Source of the DNA: Chloroflexota bacterium | Lineage (GTDB): Bacteria > Chloroflexota > Limnocylindria > QHBO01 | DNA: 64,000 bases | Assembly: GCA_013816405.1 (NCBI GenBank) | Contig: JACDEL010000005.1 | Coordinates: forward strand, 3,210-67,209 | Reading direction: 5' to 3' | Part shown: in pieces, positions 35,191-42,768 of the stretch | Layout of the letters: every line of letters begins with the position of its first letter | Position numbering within the stretch: position 1 is the stretch's first letter | Notes under the pieces: model-generated | The model's database searches: none | Seen by the model: the letters and a program-made list of their open reading frames with translations, nothing else | What the model was told of the DNA's origin: nothing | Program-made: the position numbers and the translations under genes

Positions 35191-36225
35191 ATGGCCGACC
35201 GCAAGCTGCCGGGCGACGAACTTGCTCAACTCGCACGCTCGGTTCAGCGTCACCAGGCGGACCTAGACAGTCTGCTCTCGGCTTCGCGCCTTGCCGATCA
35301 GGTGCTCGCGTCGGAAGCCTTCCTGCGAGGTGGTGTCAACCTCGACTCCTTGGTTGGCGGATGGCGAACCGAGCTGTTCGAGTTCCAGGATCTCGCGCGA
35401 GAGTCAGTTGCCGGCGCCATGGCAGCGACCGCAGCGAGTAGCAGTCTCGCTGCCCTCAGCGTCGCCCGACTGCCCCACATCGAAGTGCCGAACCTCGGGC
35501 GTGCCATATCCGAGTCCCTGTCGCAGTACGTCAGCGGCATCGGACGCGAGGCGGCGGCTTCCCTTGCCGCGGCGCTTCAGCCCACCGCCATGGCGGCCAC
35601 TAGCGGTCTCCTCGCCCTCCTGGAGCGGCACGACGAGTTCGAGCGGAAGGCGGATGAAGCGCTCTTCGAGATGGGCTGGTGGTATCCACCCAGCGGAGAT
35701 AGCCAGACCTTCAGCGAGATCGGGCGACTTGCCCTGGCTGGGAAAAAGGTGAAGGTCCGGCGGGCGATGGTCGAGCTCGGGCGCTCGCGGCAGATGCGGC
35801 GGATGCTCAACGACTGGACCGACCTCGAGCCCTTCCGCCGGCGGGGGCGCTTCCTCCGAGATGGGCTCCGTGACCACAGCGACGAGCGGTTCCGCGTGAG
35901 CATCCCGCTGCTGCTGGCGGTAATCGAGGGCATTGTCATTGACGTGTACGACCCAGGTTCCATCCTGACCAGTCCGAGACCCCTCATGCCCGACGTCGCC
36001 GCCTCGGACACGGTTGTGGGCCCAGCCGCGGCGGATGTCGTCACCATGCTCTGGTCAAAGCAGGACTTCAGCGCCGTCGCGACCGGCACCCGGCAGCTCA
36101 ACCGCCATCTCATCATGCACGGGCGCTCGACCGGCTACGGCACCGGGGAGAACTCGACCAAGGTCCTCTTTGCCCTGGATCTGCTCGCTTGGCTGGTCGA
36201 GCGACGCCTAGCTGGCGAGCACTAG
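35191..36225 (+). CDS. Hypothetical protein with a C-terminal HEPN-like (R-x4-H) motif
   Basis: 344 aa. The C-terminus is TGTRQLNRHLIMHGRSTGYGTGENSTKVLFALDLLAWL, resembling Abi-type HEPN ends (RNxxxHG). Confidence 0.6.
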   Translation: MADRKLPGDELAQLARSVQRHQADLDSLLSASRLADQVLASEAFLRGGVNLDSLVGGWRTELFEFQDLARESVAGAMAATAASSSLAALSVARLPHIEVPNLGRAISESLSQYVSGIGREAAASLAAALQPTAMAATSGLLALLERHDEFERKADEALFEMGWWYPPSGDSQTFSEIGRLALAGKKVKVRRAMVELGRSRQMRRMLNDWTDLEPFRRRGRFLRDGLRDHSDERFRVSIPLLLAVIEGIVIDVYDPGSILTSPRPLMPDVAASDTVVGPAAADVVTMLWSKQDFSAVATGTRQLNRHLIMHGRSTGYGTGENSTKVLFALDLLAWLVERRLAGEH

Positions 36226-36243
36226 AGCCGCTGGTGCAAGATC

Positions 36244-36288
36244 ACCGCATCGCGCCGACACCGCATCGCGCCGACACCGCTTCGCGCA
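36244..36288. repeat. 16-bp tandem repeat, 2.8 copies (CACCGCATCGCGCCGA)
   Basis: 36244-36259 and 36260-36275 are identical. 36276-36288 is a partial third copy with one change. A second 12-bp tandem GTGGTGCTTATC/GTGGTGCTTATT lies at 36316-36339. Confidence 0.85.
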
Positions 36289-36443
36289 GGAGTTGCCATC
36301 GCTATGCCGACGGCTGTGGTGCTTATCGTGGTGCTTATTGCACACATCGGTGCCACCTGCGGTATTCGGACGAGGTCGCTGGCGCGCCCGGAGCGCCTCA
36401 GCAATCGGTTTTCAAGACCGCTGAAGTCTTGCAGGTGGGGCCG

Positions 36444-36460
36444 GCTGACTCACAGTCAGC
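36444..36460. other. Perfect 7-bp hairpin GCTGACT-cac-AGTCAGC between convergent genes
   Basis: Read directly from the sequence. There is no U-tract, so a terminator function is only a guess. Confidence 0.3.
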
Positions 36461-36525
36461 GGCGCTGCGGTCAGTTGAGAAGGATCTCGGCGTCGGAGTC
36501 ACGGGTCCGGCCGAGTTGGAGAACC

Positions 36526-37713
36526 TCAGGAGCCAGGCCGAGTGGCGGGAACGCGAGCCGCCCTCGCGCGGCGCAAGGGTGCAACGCGAGCCCTAGCCGC
36601 TCCGGTGGACCGCTCTTCCGCCACAACAGCGAGGTGATGGCAGGTAGCAACTGCTCGCATCCAGTACTGACTGCGGCTGAGCCTGGCTCCGTCGGCGAGT
36701 TCCTCAATGAACCGGTCGCCCCAGCAGCACGCCGAACCGACGAACGGCGGGTGCATCCGAAGACGTTCCGCAAGGGCCCGGTAGTGGACAGGCACCTCAT
36801 CATGGTCGAGCTCGTCCATCGGCCGGCCACGGGAGACATACATGAATTCGCCAGCCGTGTACCGAATGCTCGGGCGCATTTTGGGGACGGCACCCGGGGG
36901 CGGGGGGACCGGATGCTGCGCGGCGTAATCGGCGAAGCGCAGGCGCACAGCGAGATGCGCTTGGACCTTGTCAAAAAGTGCAACTTCGCGCCTCGCGATA
37001 GCGTTGAGCGAGTCGTCGGCAATCTCCTCCGCAAGCGAGTCAGGCACAGACGTTCCCGCGAGGATTACAGTCCTCCAACGCGCTGCCGACACCGCCTGAA
37101 GGGCAAGCCTCACTACTGAGGAAGGTTCATCCATGCCGGGGGGTATATAGCCCAGGTCGAGCATTAGGTCCAGTCGCTCGGGATCCACACCCAGCGTGGC
37201 GACTTCAACCCGTAGATCGTCGGCCAGCTGACGCGAGCCGTAAGCCAGCGCGGCATCCGCACGAACCAGAAGCGCAGCTCCGAGATCGTCGGAGGCAAAC
37301 CTTCGAACTATGTCGGCCAAGTCCGGTCTGCCGAACGGATAGACGGGCAGAAATGCGAGGTTGGAGGCCACAGCAGCCTCATAGACGTCTTGCATGTATT
37401 CGCCACCCAATGGCGCGATGCGCCTGCGCCGCCGCGGTGTACCCACGGCATCCAAGTAGAGGGCTCGGTCGCCGGTCGCGGCTGCCAACCTTGCCAGCTC
37501 AGCAGCTGGCGCAACCCCTCCTTCGTCACCCCGCAGTTCCGGGGGCACGATCCTGAGCCATGGCGTTATCGCTTGCGCGGTTGCTGTCGCCGTTTGCTGC
37601 AGGGCGATCCTCTCGCCTCGCTTCACCAGCAGGATCGGAACGTACGCGTTCAGAGCGGTCGTGACTTCAGCGAACCGCCGCAGCATCCCTAGCTGCCTTG
37701 ACATAGGAGGCAT
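36526..37713 (-). CDS. 'Beta protein' family (PF14350-like) protein, function unknown
   Basis: NAYVPILLVKRGERIALQQ matches the family start (YxPILKxKxGExxAL). Later blocks are LDLMLDLGYIP, RFADYAAQHP, SIRYTAGEFMYVSRG and CCWGDRFI. The true start may be ATG 37704 or 37686, because the operator palindrome lies 10 nt upstream of 37713. Confidence 0.6.
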   Translation of the reverse strand: MPPMSRQLGMLRRFAEVTTALNAYVPILLVKRGERIALQQTATATAQAITPWLRIVPPELRGDEGGVAPAAELARLAAATGDRALYLDAVGTPRRRRRIAPLGGEYMQDVYEAAVASNLAFLPVYPFGRPDLADIVRRFASDDLGAALLVRADAALAYGSRQLADDLRVEVATLGVDPERLDLMLDLGYIPPGMDEPSSVVRLALQAVSAARWRTVILAGTSVPDSLAEEIADDSLNAIARREVALFDKVQAHLAVRLRFADYAAQHPVPPPPGAVPKMRPSIRYTAGEFMYVSRGRPMDELDHDEVPVHYRALAERLRMHPPFVGSACCWGDRFIEELADGARLSRSQYWMRAVATCHHLAVVAEERSTGAARARVAPLRRARAARVPATRPGS

Positions 37714-37722
37714 GAGGAGTAT

Positions 37723-37745
37723 ATGATAACCCCACGGGTTATCAT
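37723..37745. promoter_or_regulatory. Perfect 10-bp inverted repeat ATGATAACCC-cac-GGGTTATCAT, a putative operator in a divergent promoter region
   Basis: The arms are 37723-37732 and 36-45 of the same decade (37736-37745). It sits between the Beta-protein gene and the HigB-like/HigA-ImmA genes. The repeat itself is certain; the operator function is inference. Confidence 0.55.
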
Positions 37746-38098
37746 GTCAAGAGGTCGGACACATTGACGTTTCATGGGGAGACCGCAAGCTTGCTAAGGA
37801 CTGCACTACCGACCGATCAGGAGCGCGGCGGTTTGGTGCCAATCAATGGGCGGTACTCAAGCGGCGCCTGACCGTCTTGTACGCCGCTCCGACGTTGGCT
37901 GATGTCCGAGGCACACCTGGTCGTCTCCATCCGCTAGCCGCCAACCGCGCCGGCCAGTATGCCCTCGACCTCCGCGGGGCCACGCGCCTCATCATCGAAC
38001 CGAACCATGACCCGCTGCCCGAGCATCAAGACGGCCGCGTCGATGAGTCACGTGTGACCGCAATCCGAGTAATCGAGGTCATTGACTACCATGACTGA
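37744..38098 (+). pseudogene. HigB-like 'killer' toxin (RelE/ParE superfamily) lacking a canonical in-frame start
   Basis: The frame of ORF 37877..38098 is open back to 37730 and reads HIDVSWGDRKLAKDCTTDRSGARRFGANQWAVLKRRLTVLYAAPTLADVRGTPGRLHPLAANRAGQYALDLRGATRLIIEP...RVIEVIDYHD. This is the HigB/PF05015 pattern (F.D..L.K ... L..L..A ... L ... H.L.G.r.GqwS ... vDYH). The only nearby ATG (37744) is in the +2 frame and stops after 7 codons. That leaves either a 1-nt frameshift or a non-ATG start (ATT 37763, with GAGG at 37751-37754). Confidence 0.55.
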
Positions 38099-39179
38099 GA
38101 CGCTGAGATGGACCCCAGAGTGGCTCGTCGCTCCGGGCGAGGTCCTCGTGGAAGCGCTAGAGGAGCGCGGCATGTCTCAGGCCGAACTCGGTCGACGCAT
38201 GGCTCGCCCGCTGAAGACCATTAGCGAGATCGCTACGGGTAAGGCTGCCATCACCCCCGAAACCGCCATCCAACTCGAGCGCACACTGGGGATCACGGCC
38301 GCAATGTGGCTTGGGCTCGAGGCGCGCTACCGTGAAGCTCAAGCAAGAGAACGCGAAGCGGTCGAGCTCGAGGAGCATGTCACCTGGCTCAAGAGGTTCC
38401 CGATGCGGGAGCTCCTCTCGCGTGGCATCGTTCGACGTGACTCATCTACTCCCCAACAGGCGGCTGAACTCCTCAGCTTCTTCGGTGTGAGCAATCCCTC
38501 GGGATGGGCTCAACACTGGGGTCAGATCGCAGCCAGCTATCGCATGAGCCGCCGAACCAGGGTGTCTCGATTTGCGGTTGCACTCTGGCTGCGTACCGCC
38601 GAAAGAGAAGCTGAGAGCCAGCCGATTCCCGCATTCGACCGGAATCGCCTGCGGGCCATCGCTCCGGCGCTCCGGTCCCTGTCGCGAGCGCTCGTACTCG
38701 GGTCCGCCGTCGATGAGGCCAAGGAAGTTCTGAAGTCAGCGGGCGCGGGACTTCTGCTGATTGAGGGGGTAACCGACGCGCCAGCAAGTGGCGCCGTTCG
38801 GTGGGTCAGAGGCAACCCATGGATCATCCTCACCCTCAGGCACAAGACCGACGATCAGTTGTGGTTCAGCCTGCTTCACGAAATCGGGCACCTGTTGGAA
38901 GGCATTCGTCGCCAGGAGGTCGCCGAGGAGCTACCTGTTGGAAAGCTCGCCGATCCAGCAGAGAAGGCTGCCGACGACTATGCCCGAGAGATTCTTCTGC
39001 CCGAGGCTGAACTCAAGGTTTGGCTGCGCAACCACTCAATCGACAGGCAGACGATTCGAGACCTCGCGGCAAGCCAAGGAGTCGCTCCCGGGATCGTTGT
39101 CGGCCGGCTCCAGCGCGACGGACTAATTGAGCCGGCCCGGTTCAACGATTTAAAGCGGAGTCTGGATCCCCGTGGTTAG
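38091..39179 (+). CDS. HigA-type HTH antitoxin fused to an ImmA/IrrE zinc metallopeptidase domain
   Basis: APGEVLVEALEERGMSQAELGRRMARPLKTISEIATGKAAITPETAIQLERTLGITAAMWLGLEARY is a HigA-like HTH. The C-terminal LWFSLLHEIGHLL (HExxH) plus AADDYAREILLP is ImmA/IrrE. ATG 38091 lies just before the toxin stop (38096-38098). Confidence 0.8.
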   Translation: MTETLRWTPEWLVAPGEVLVEALEERGMSQAELGRRMARPLKTISEIATGKAAITPETAIQLERTLGITAAMWLGLEARYREAQAREREAVELEEHVTWLKRFPMRELLSRGIVRRDSSTPQQAAELLSFFGVSNPSGWAQHWGQIAASYRMSRRTRVSRFAVALWLRTAEREAESQPIPAFDRNRLRAIAPALRSLSRALVLGSAVDEAKEVLKSAGAGLLLIEGVTDAPASGAVRWVRGNPWIILTLRHKTDDQLWFSLLHEIGHLLEGIRRQEVAEELPVGKLADPAEKAADDYAREILLPEAELKVWLRNHSIDRQTIRDLAASQGVAPGIVVGRLQRDGLIEPARFNDLKRSLDPRG

Positions 39180-39328
39180 GGACCGACACGCGCCGGGGAG
39201 GGAACGATCTGATCCGCAGTCAGGACCCCACTGGTTCAGACCGGAGGACGTTCGCCGTTGCACCGAGGGCTCTTGGGGTCTGAGCGGGAGGGCTCTTCAG
39301 GCGAGAATGGCACCCGCGCGAGGTGAGG

Positions 39329-42274
39329 TCATGACGACTCGTCGGGCGGGTGCTTCGTCTCGTCGGTCTCCGCGGGCATCGAGTGCTTTCCGCGTCGGGC
39401 GTCCATCTCTTCGAGTGTTGGGAAGAGGGGCATCGCCATCCGGTGGCGAACCGTGATTGGTCGGGGGCGCGGGACGTCTAGTTCCGCGAATCCAGGCTTT
39501 GATTCGACGTCCCGACCAGGTTCACGTGGTTCGCGGACGGCCTTCCGGATCCTTCGGGCTGCGGCTCCCCGGCGGCTCTCTCGGTCGGCCGGGGCCGACA
39601 TTGGATCCTGACTCTCTTTCATCCGCCCGATCCTCATGGCGTCCTGCTCATCGACCTTACCCTGTTCTCGGAAAACGGATGCGCTGAGCGACCTCTCACG
39701 GCTGAAAGGACGTCCGAAGAGTGTGGTGCCGCGCGCGTAAACGACGATCCGATACACGCCAACTGCGGTGGCCGTGAAGTCCGCACTGAAGCGCCCACCC
39801 TCGACCTCCATGAACTTCACGGTCGTTTCTGTTCCGTTCGGCCACTCCACCTCCGACCAGACCGTTGCGCGGCCCTCCACCGGCGTGTCGTACTCGGACA
39901 GCGTGGCGCTGAGCCAGACATCCGAGCCGGGCTGGTGAGTCTTCTGGATCGCCTCGGCGAGGAAGTGCAGGTTCGAATTGGCGTGGATCTCGAGGCTGTA
40001 GGGCAGGGCCTGGCTTCCGAGTTCAGCGACAAGCGCTCGATCAGCATCCTTGGCCCGCTCGTTGAGGCGCAGCACGACATGCCATTCGCCCGCATGGCTC
40101 CCCTCTGGCGATCCCCCGAGCGCGGGGAGGGACAACCTGTAGAACGAGATGTGCGGGCGCTCCACGAACCTGACTGCGGGCTCGATTGTGCCTGTCGACG
40201 GGTCGACGATGACGCCGGCCGGAGTTTCGAGCGAGAACTCGATGTACTCCGGCGCCGGCGAGAGGAGCAGCACATCGACGCCGGCGTCGGCTTCGGTCAG
40301 CCAGAAGGGGATCCGGTGCTCGGCCCCGAAGACAAGCTGCCCGACCGGGTCGACGACGATCTGGGCATTGGTGAAGCCTGCCTGGATCTGCAAGAAGTAC
40401 TTGGACAGCAAGAAACGCTCGCTCTGCCCGATTGCTCCGGTGACCAGAAGGGACCCGCCGTTCTGGTGCGTCAGGCTGTCGAGCGCATCCTCGCTGACGT
40501 TGCCGGCCGTTCCAAATCCGATCGCGAACGTGTCTGCGCCAATCGAACCGGCGGAGTCGACGGTCGCAATCGACGGCGGCGTGTTCTCGTTGCCGTCGGT
40601 CAGCACGAGCATCCCCAGCGCTCCGTACGTGCCGGCCGGCGTAGCGTCGAGCGTGTCCCGACCCTCGGCGACACCGCCCCCGATCGATGTCGCGCCCCGA
40701 GGATCGAGTGTCTTGGCCGGATCGGAGGTGGCGAGGATATCGGCGACCCGGTCTCTTCCCGTGCCGGCGACCGGCGGAAGCGGCCCGACGTCGGTCACGT
40801 CGAGCAACCGGTTCACCTCATGATCGAACCGTACGATCCCGATCCCGTCACCTTCCTGCATGACCTCCAGGAACACTCCAACGGCCTCACGGAGCTTGTC
40901 CACCTTGGCCTGGCCGTCGCCGGAGTCGTCGGACATACTCCCGGACCGGTCGAGAACCAGAGCGACCGCGGACGGCTGGCGAGGCACGCTGTTGGCCGAT
41001 AGGTTCACACCCCAGGTCTCGGTCCAGACCGTCTCTCCGGCCGAATTGTGCGACGTGGCTCGGACGGTCAGGCTGCCAACGCTGATCGTCCCTGCGGCCG
41101 TCGAGTAGGAAATCCAGATCCGGCCCTTGGTAGGAGTCGGGTCATCACTGGTGGGAATGACGACAGACGTGCCGAGTGGGGTCCCCAGACCGGCCGATGG
41201 CCCGGCGATGATTTCCAGCGTGATTGCGTTGCACGGTCCGGGGACGACCTTCAGGACCACGGCCCGATAGGTCGTGACCGGCGTTCCGCCGATCCCCTCC
41301 TGGATATCCGTGAAGGCAACGCTGCTGGTCTTGGAGATGACCTCGGGCGGATCGTCGTCATACCAGTAGCCACCCGGTGTGATCGCGTGATGATTGATGA
41401 GCGATGCCGAGGTACGAGCTCCAGCCCACGGCGCGGTGGGGAACATCGCGTCGTTGAAGATCAGGTTGTCGCCGGCGTTGTGTCCCAATGGGGCGCCGGA
41501 TGGCGGTAGGTACGCGTCAGCCGTCGGATGCTGGCGCTGCCACACGGCCCACAGACGATCGATGTTGCAGTGATGGAGCCAGAACACGGGATCGTTCGGT
41601 GAACTGGCAAGATACATCGTTCGAGCGAGCCACCTGTGGACCAGGTTGTGAAGCTGGTACTCGACCTGGATGCGAAGGCTGTCGCCGCCACCGCCCGATG
41701 CCATGTCGTCCCACGGGGCCGCGTCATACGCCGTCTGAGCAAGAGCGGTGACCTGGTCGCCAGGGATGCTGTTCAAGTTCTGAGCGTCGGCCCGCTCGCC
41801 GAACCGACGGCCCAGGAACGATGGATTACCGGGCGAGTCCTTGATCCTGATCGTCCAATTGCCGGCATCGAAGGCAAAGGCCCCGTCCATAACCCGCCCG
41901 TCGCTGGCGCGGCCGTTCGTGCCGAGGCCTGACAAAGGGTCCGCATCGAAGATCGGCGCTCCGGTGCCCCGGTAGAGGTTCCAGTCCCAGTAGGGGATCG
42001 AGACGGTCGAGTCGATCGTCTGAAGATTCGCCTCGAAATGACGCATCAGGTCCCGATGCCATGAGAAGAAGGCAGGAGCCATGTGGGCCCACGAGGGCAT
42101 GACACTCATCGCCCGGAGATGGAGTGCGACGTAGTCGTCGTAGCGATGCATGTTGGAATCGCCGGGGAAGAGGACACTCGGCCATGCTGCGTCGTTCTTG
42201 AGCTTCAACAACGCGGCGATGAAGTTCTTCTTCTCCGCCGTCGTCAACCGCGCCCAGCTCTTGCGGCAGGTCAT
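39329..42274 (-). CDS. Tyrosinase (type-3 copper) - von Willebrand A - Ig-like multidomain protein
   Basis: CuA is MHRYDDYVALH...PAFFSWHRDLMRHFE...IPYWDW. CuB is QLHNLVHRWL...NDPVFWLHHCNIDRLWAVWQ. The vWA MIDAS is ALVLDRSGSMSDD ... TSIGGG ... MLVLTDGNEN. These are followed by ~300 aa of beta-rich sequence and a charged tail. There is no signal or Tat leader. Confidence 0.85.
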   Translation of the reverse strand: MTCRKSWARLTTAEKKNFIAALLKLKNDAAWPSVLFPGDSNMHRYDDYVALHLRAMSVMPSWAHMAPAFFSWHRDLMRHFEANLQTIDSTVSIPYWDWNLYRGTGAPIFDADPLSGLGTNGRASDGRVMDGAFAFDAGNWTIRIKDSPGNPSFLGRRFGERADAQNLNSIPGDQVTALAQTAYDAAPWDDMASGGGGDSLRIQVEYQLHNLVHRWLARTMYLASSPNDPVFWLHHCNIDRLWAVWQRQHPTADAYLPPSGAPLGHNAGDNLIFNDAMFPTAPWAGARTSASLINHHAITPGGYWYDDDPPEVISKTSSVAFTDIQEGIGGTPVTTYRAVVLKVVPGPCNAITLEIIAGPSAGLGTPLGTSVVIPTSDDPTPTKGRIWISYSTAAGTISVGSLTVRATSHNSAGETVWTETWGVNLSANSVPRQPSAVALVLDRSGSMSDDSGDGQAKVDKLREAVGVFLEVMQEGDGIGIVRFDHEVNRLLDVTDVGPLPPVAGTGRDRVADILATSDPAKTLDPRGATSIGGGVAEGRDTLDATPAGTYGALGMLVLTDGNENTPPSIATVDSAGSIGADTFAIGFGTAGNVSEDALDSLTHQNGGSLLVTGAIGQSERFLLSKYFLQIQAGFTNAQIVVDPVGQLVFGAEHRIPFWLTEADAGVDVLLLSPAPEYIEFSLETPAGVIVDPSTGTIEPAVRFVERPHISFYRLSLPALGGSPEGSHAGEWHVVLRLNERAKDADRALVAELGSQALPYSLEIHANSNLHFLAEAIQKTHQPGSDVWLSATLSEYDTPVEGRATVWSEVEWPNGTETTVKFMEVEGGRFSADFTATAVGVYRIVVYARGTTLFGRPFSRERSLSASVFREQGKVDEQDAMRIGRMKESQDPMSAPADRESRRGAAARRIRKAVREPREPGRDVESKPGFAELDVPRPRPITVRHRMAMPLFPTLEEMDARRGKHSMPAETDETKHPPDESS

Positions 42275-42480
42275 CGTGCGCCCTGTATCGCGGAGGGATC
42301 AGTGAGGCCACGATACCCCAGCCATCGAGTATTATCAATACTCTGCGGGGCCAGCGCGACACTCGATTTGCGAGGCTCCTCACTCGCTGCCCAACCAGGA
42401 AGAGTGCAGACCCTGCGGCCAGTTCGACGGGACTCTCGGGCGCAGAGCCCGGGGGTGCCTTGCAACAAAGGAGAGTAAGT

Positions 42481-42768
42481 GTGGCGGATTCGATTGAGGT
42501 GCGGTGTATCAACAAGACCGACCGCACGGATCCGCATGAGCGGATTAGCCACATCGGCGGGACCAACCCGAACGGAGCCGCCTGGAGGCTCACGGAGGCA
42601 GATGCGATTGCCGGCATCGAAAGTGACAAGTGGGCCTTCTCTGTAGATCGGCCAAAGGGCGACCGTGTTGCGGTGATTGTCGCCAGCCGGCTCGGGCGCA
42701 AGTACCTCAAGACCACAGCCGACGGGGATCAGCCCAACAACCTGCTCTTTCTGCCCGAATGCCCCTAG
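42481..42768 (+). CDS. DUF3892-domain small protein
   Basis: GTG 42481 has AAGGAG at 42468-42473. IEVRCINKTDRTDPHERISHIGGTNPNGAAWRLTEADAIAGIESDKWAFSV...YLKTTADGDQPNNLLFLPEC fits DUF3892. Confidence 0.65.
   Translation: MADSIEVRCINKTDRTDPHERISHIGGTNPNGAAWRLTEADAIAGIESDKWAFSVDRPKGDRVAVIVASRLGRKYLKTTADGDQPNNLLFLPECP

Noticed and set aside
36244-36288. Type III toxin-antitoxin RNA repeats (ToxI-like)
   Set aside because: The repeats are only 16 nt x2.8. They lie downstream of both convergent genes rather than upstream of a toxin ORF.
36406-36420. tRNA (Ser-UGA on the minus strand, or Sec-UCA on the plus strand) suggested by an anticodon-arm-like stem-loop
   Set aside because: I could not build acceptor, D or T arms. 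There is no GTTCGAATC-type T-loop and no complementary acceptor ends in either orientation. At most it is a tRNA-derived scar.
36304-37119. ORFs 36304..37119 (+) and 36471..37034 (-) overlapping the Beta-protein gene
   Set aside because: They are Arg/Ser/Pro-rich shadow frames. The third frame (36526..37713, minus) carries the family-specific motifs.
39935-41002. 355-aa plus-strand ORF inside the tyrosinase-vWA gene
   Set aside because: It is a shadow frame. The minus-strand product carries complete copper-binding and MIDAS motifs.
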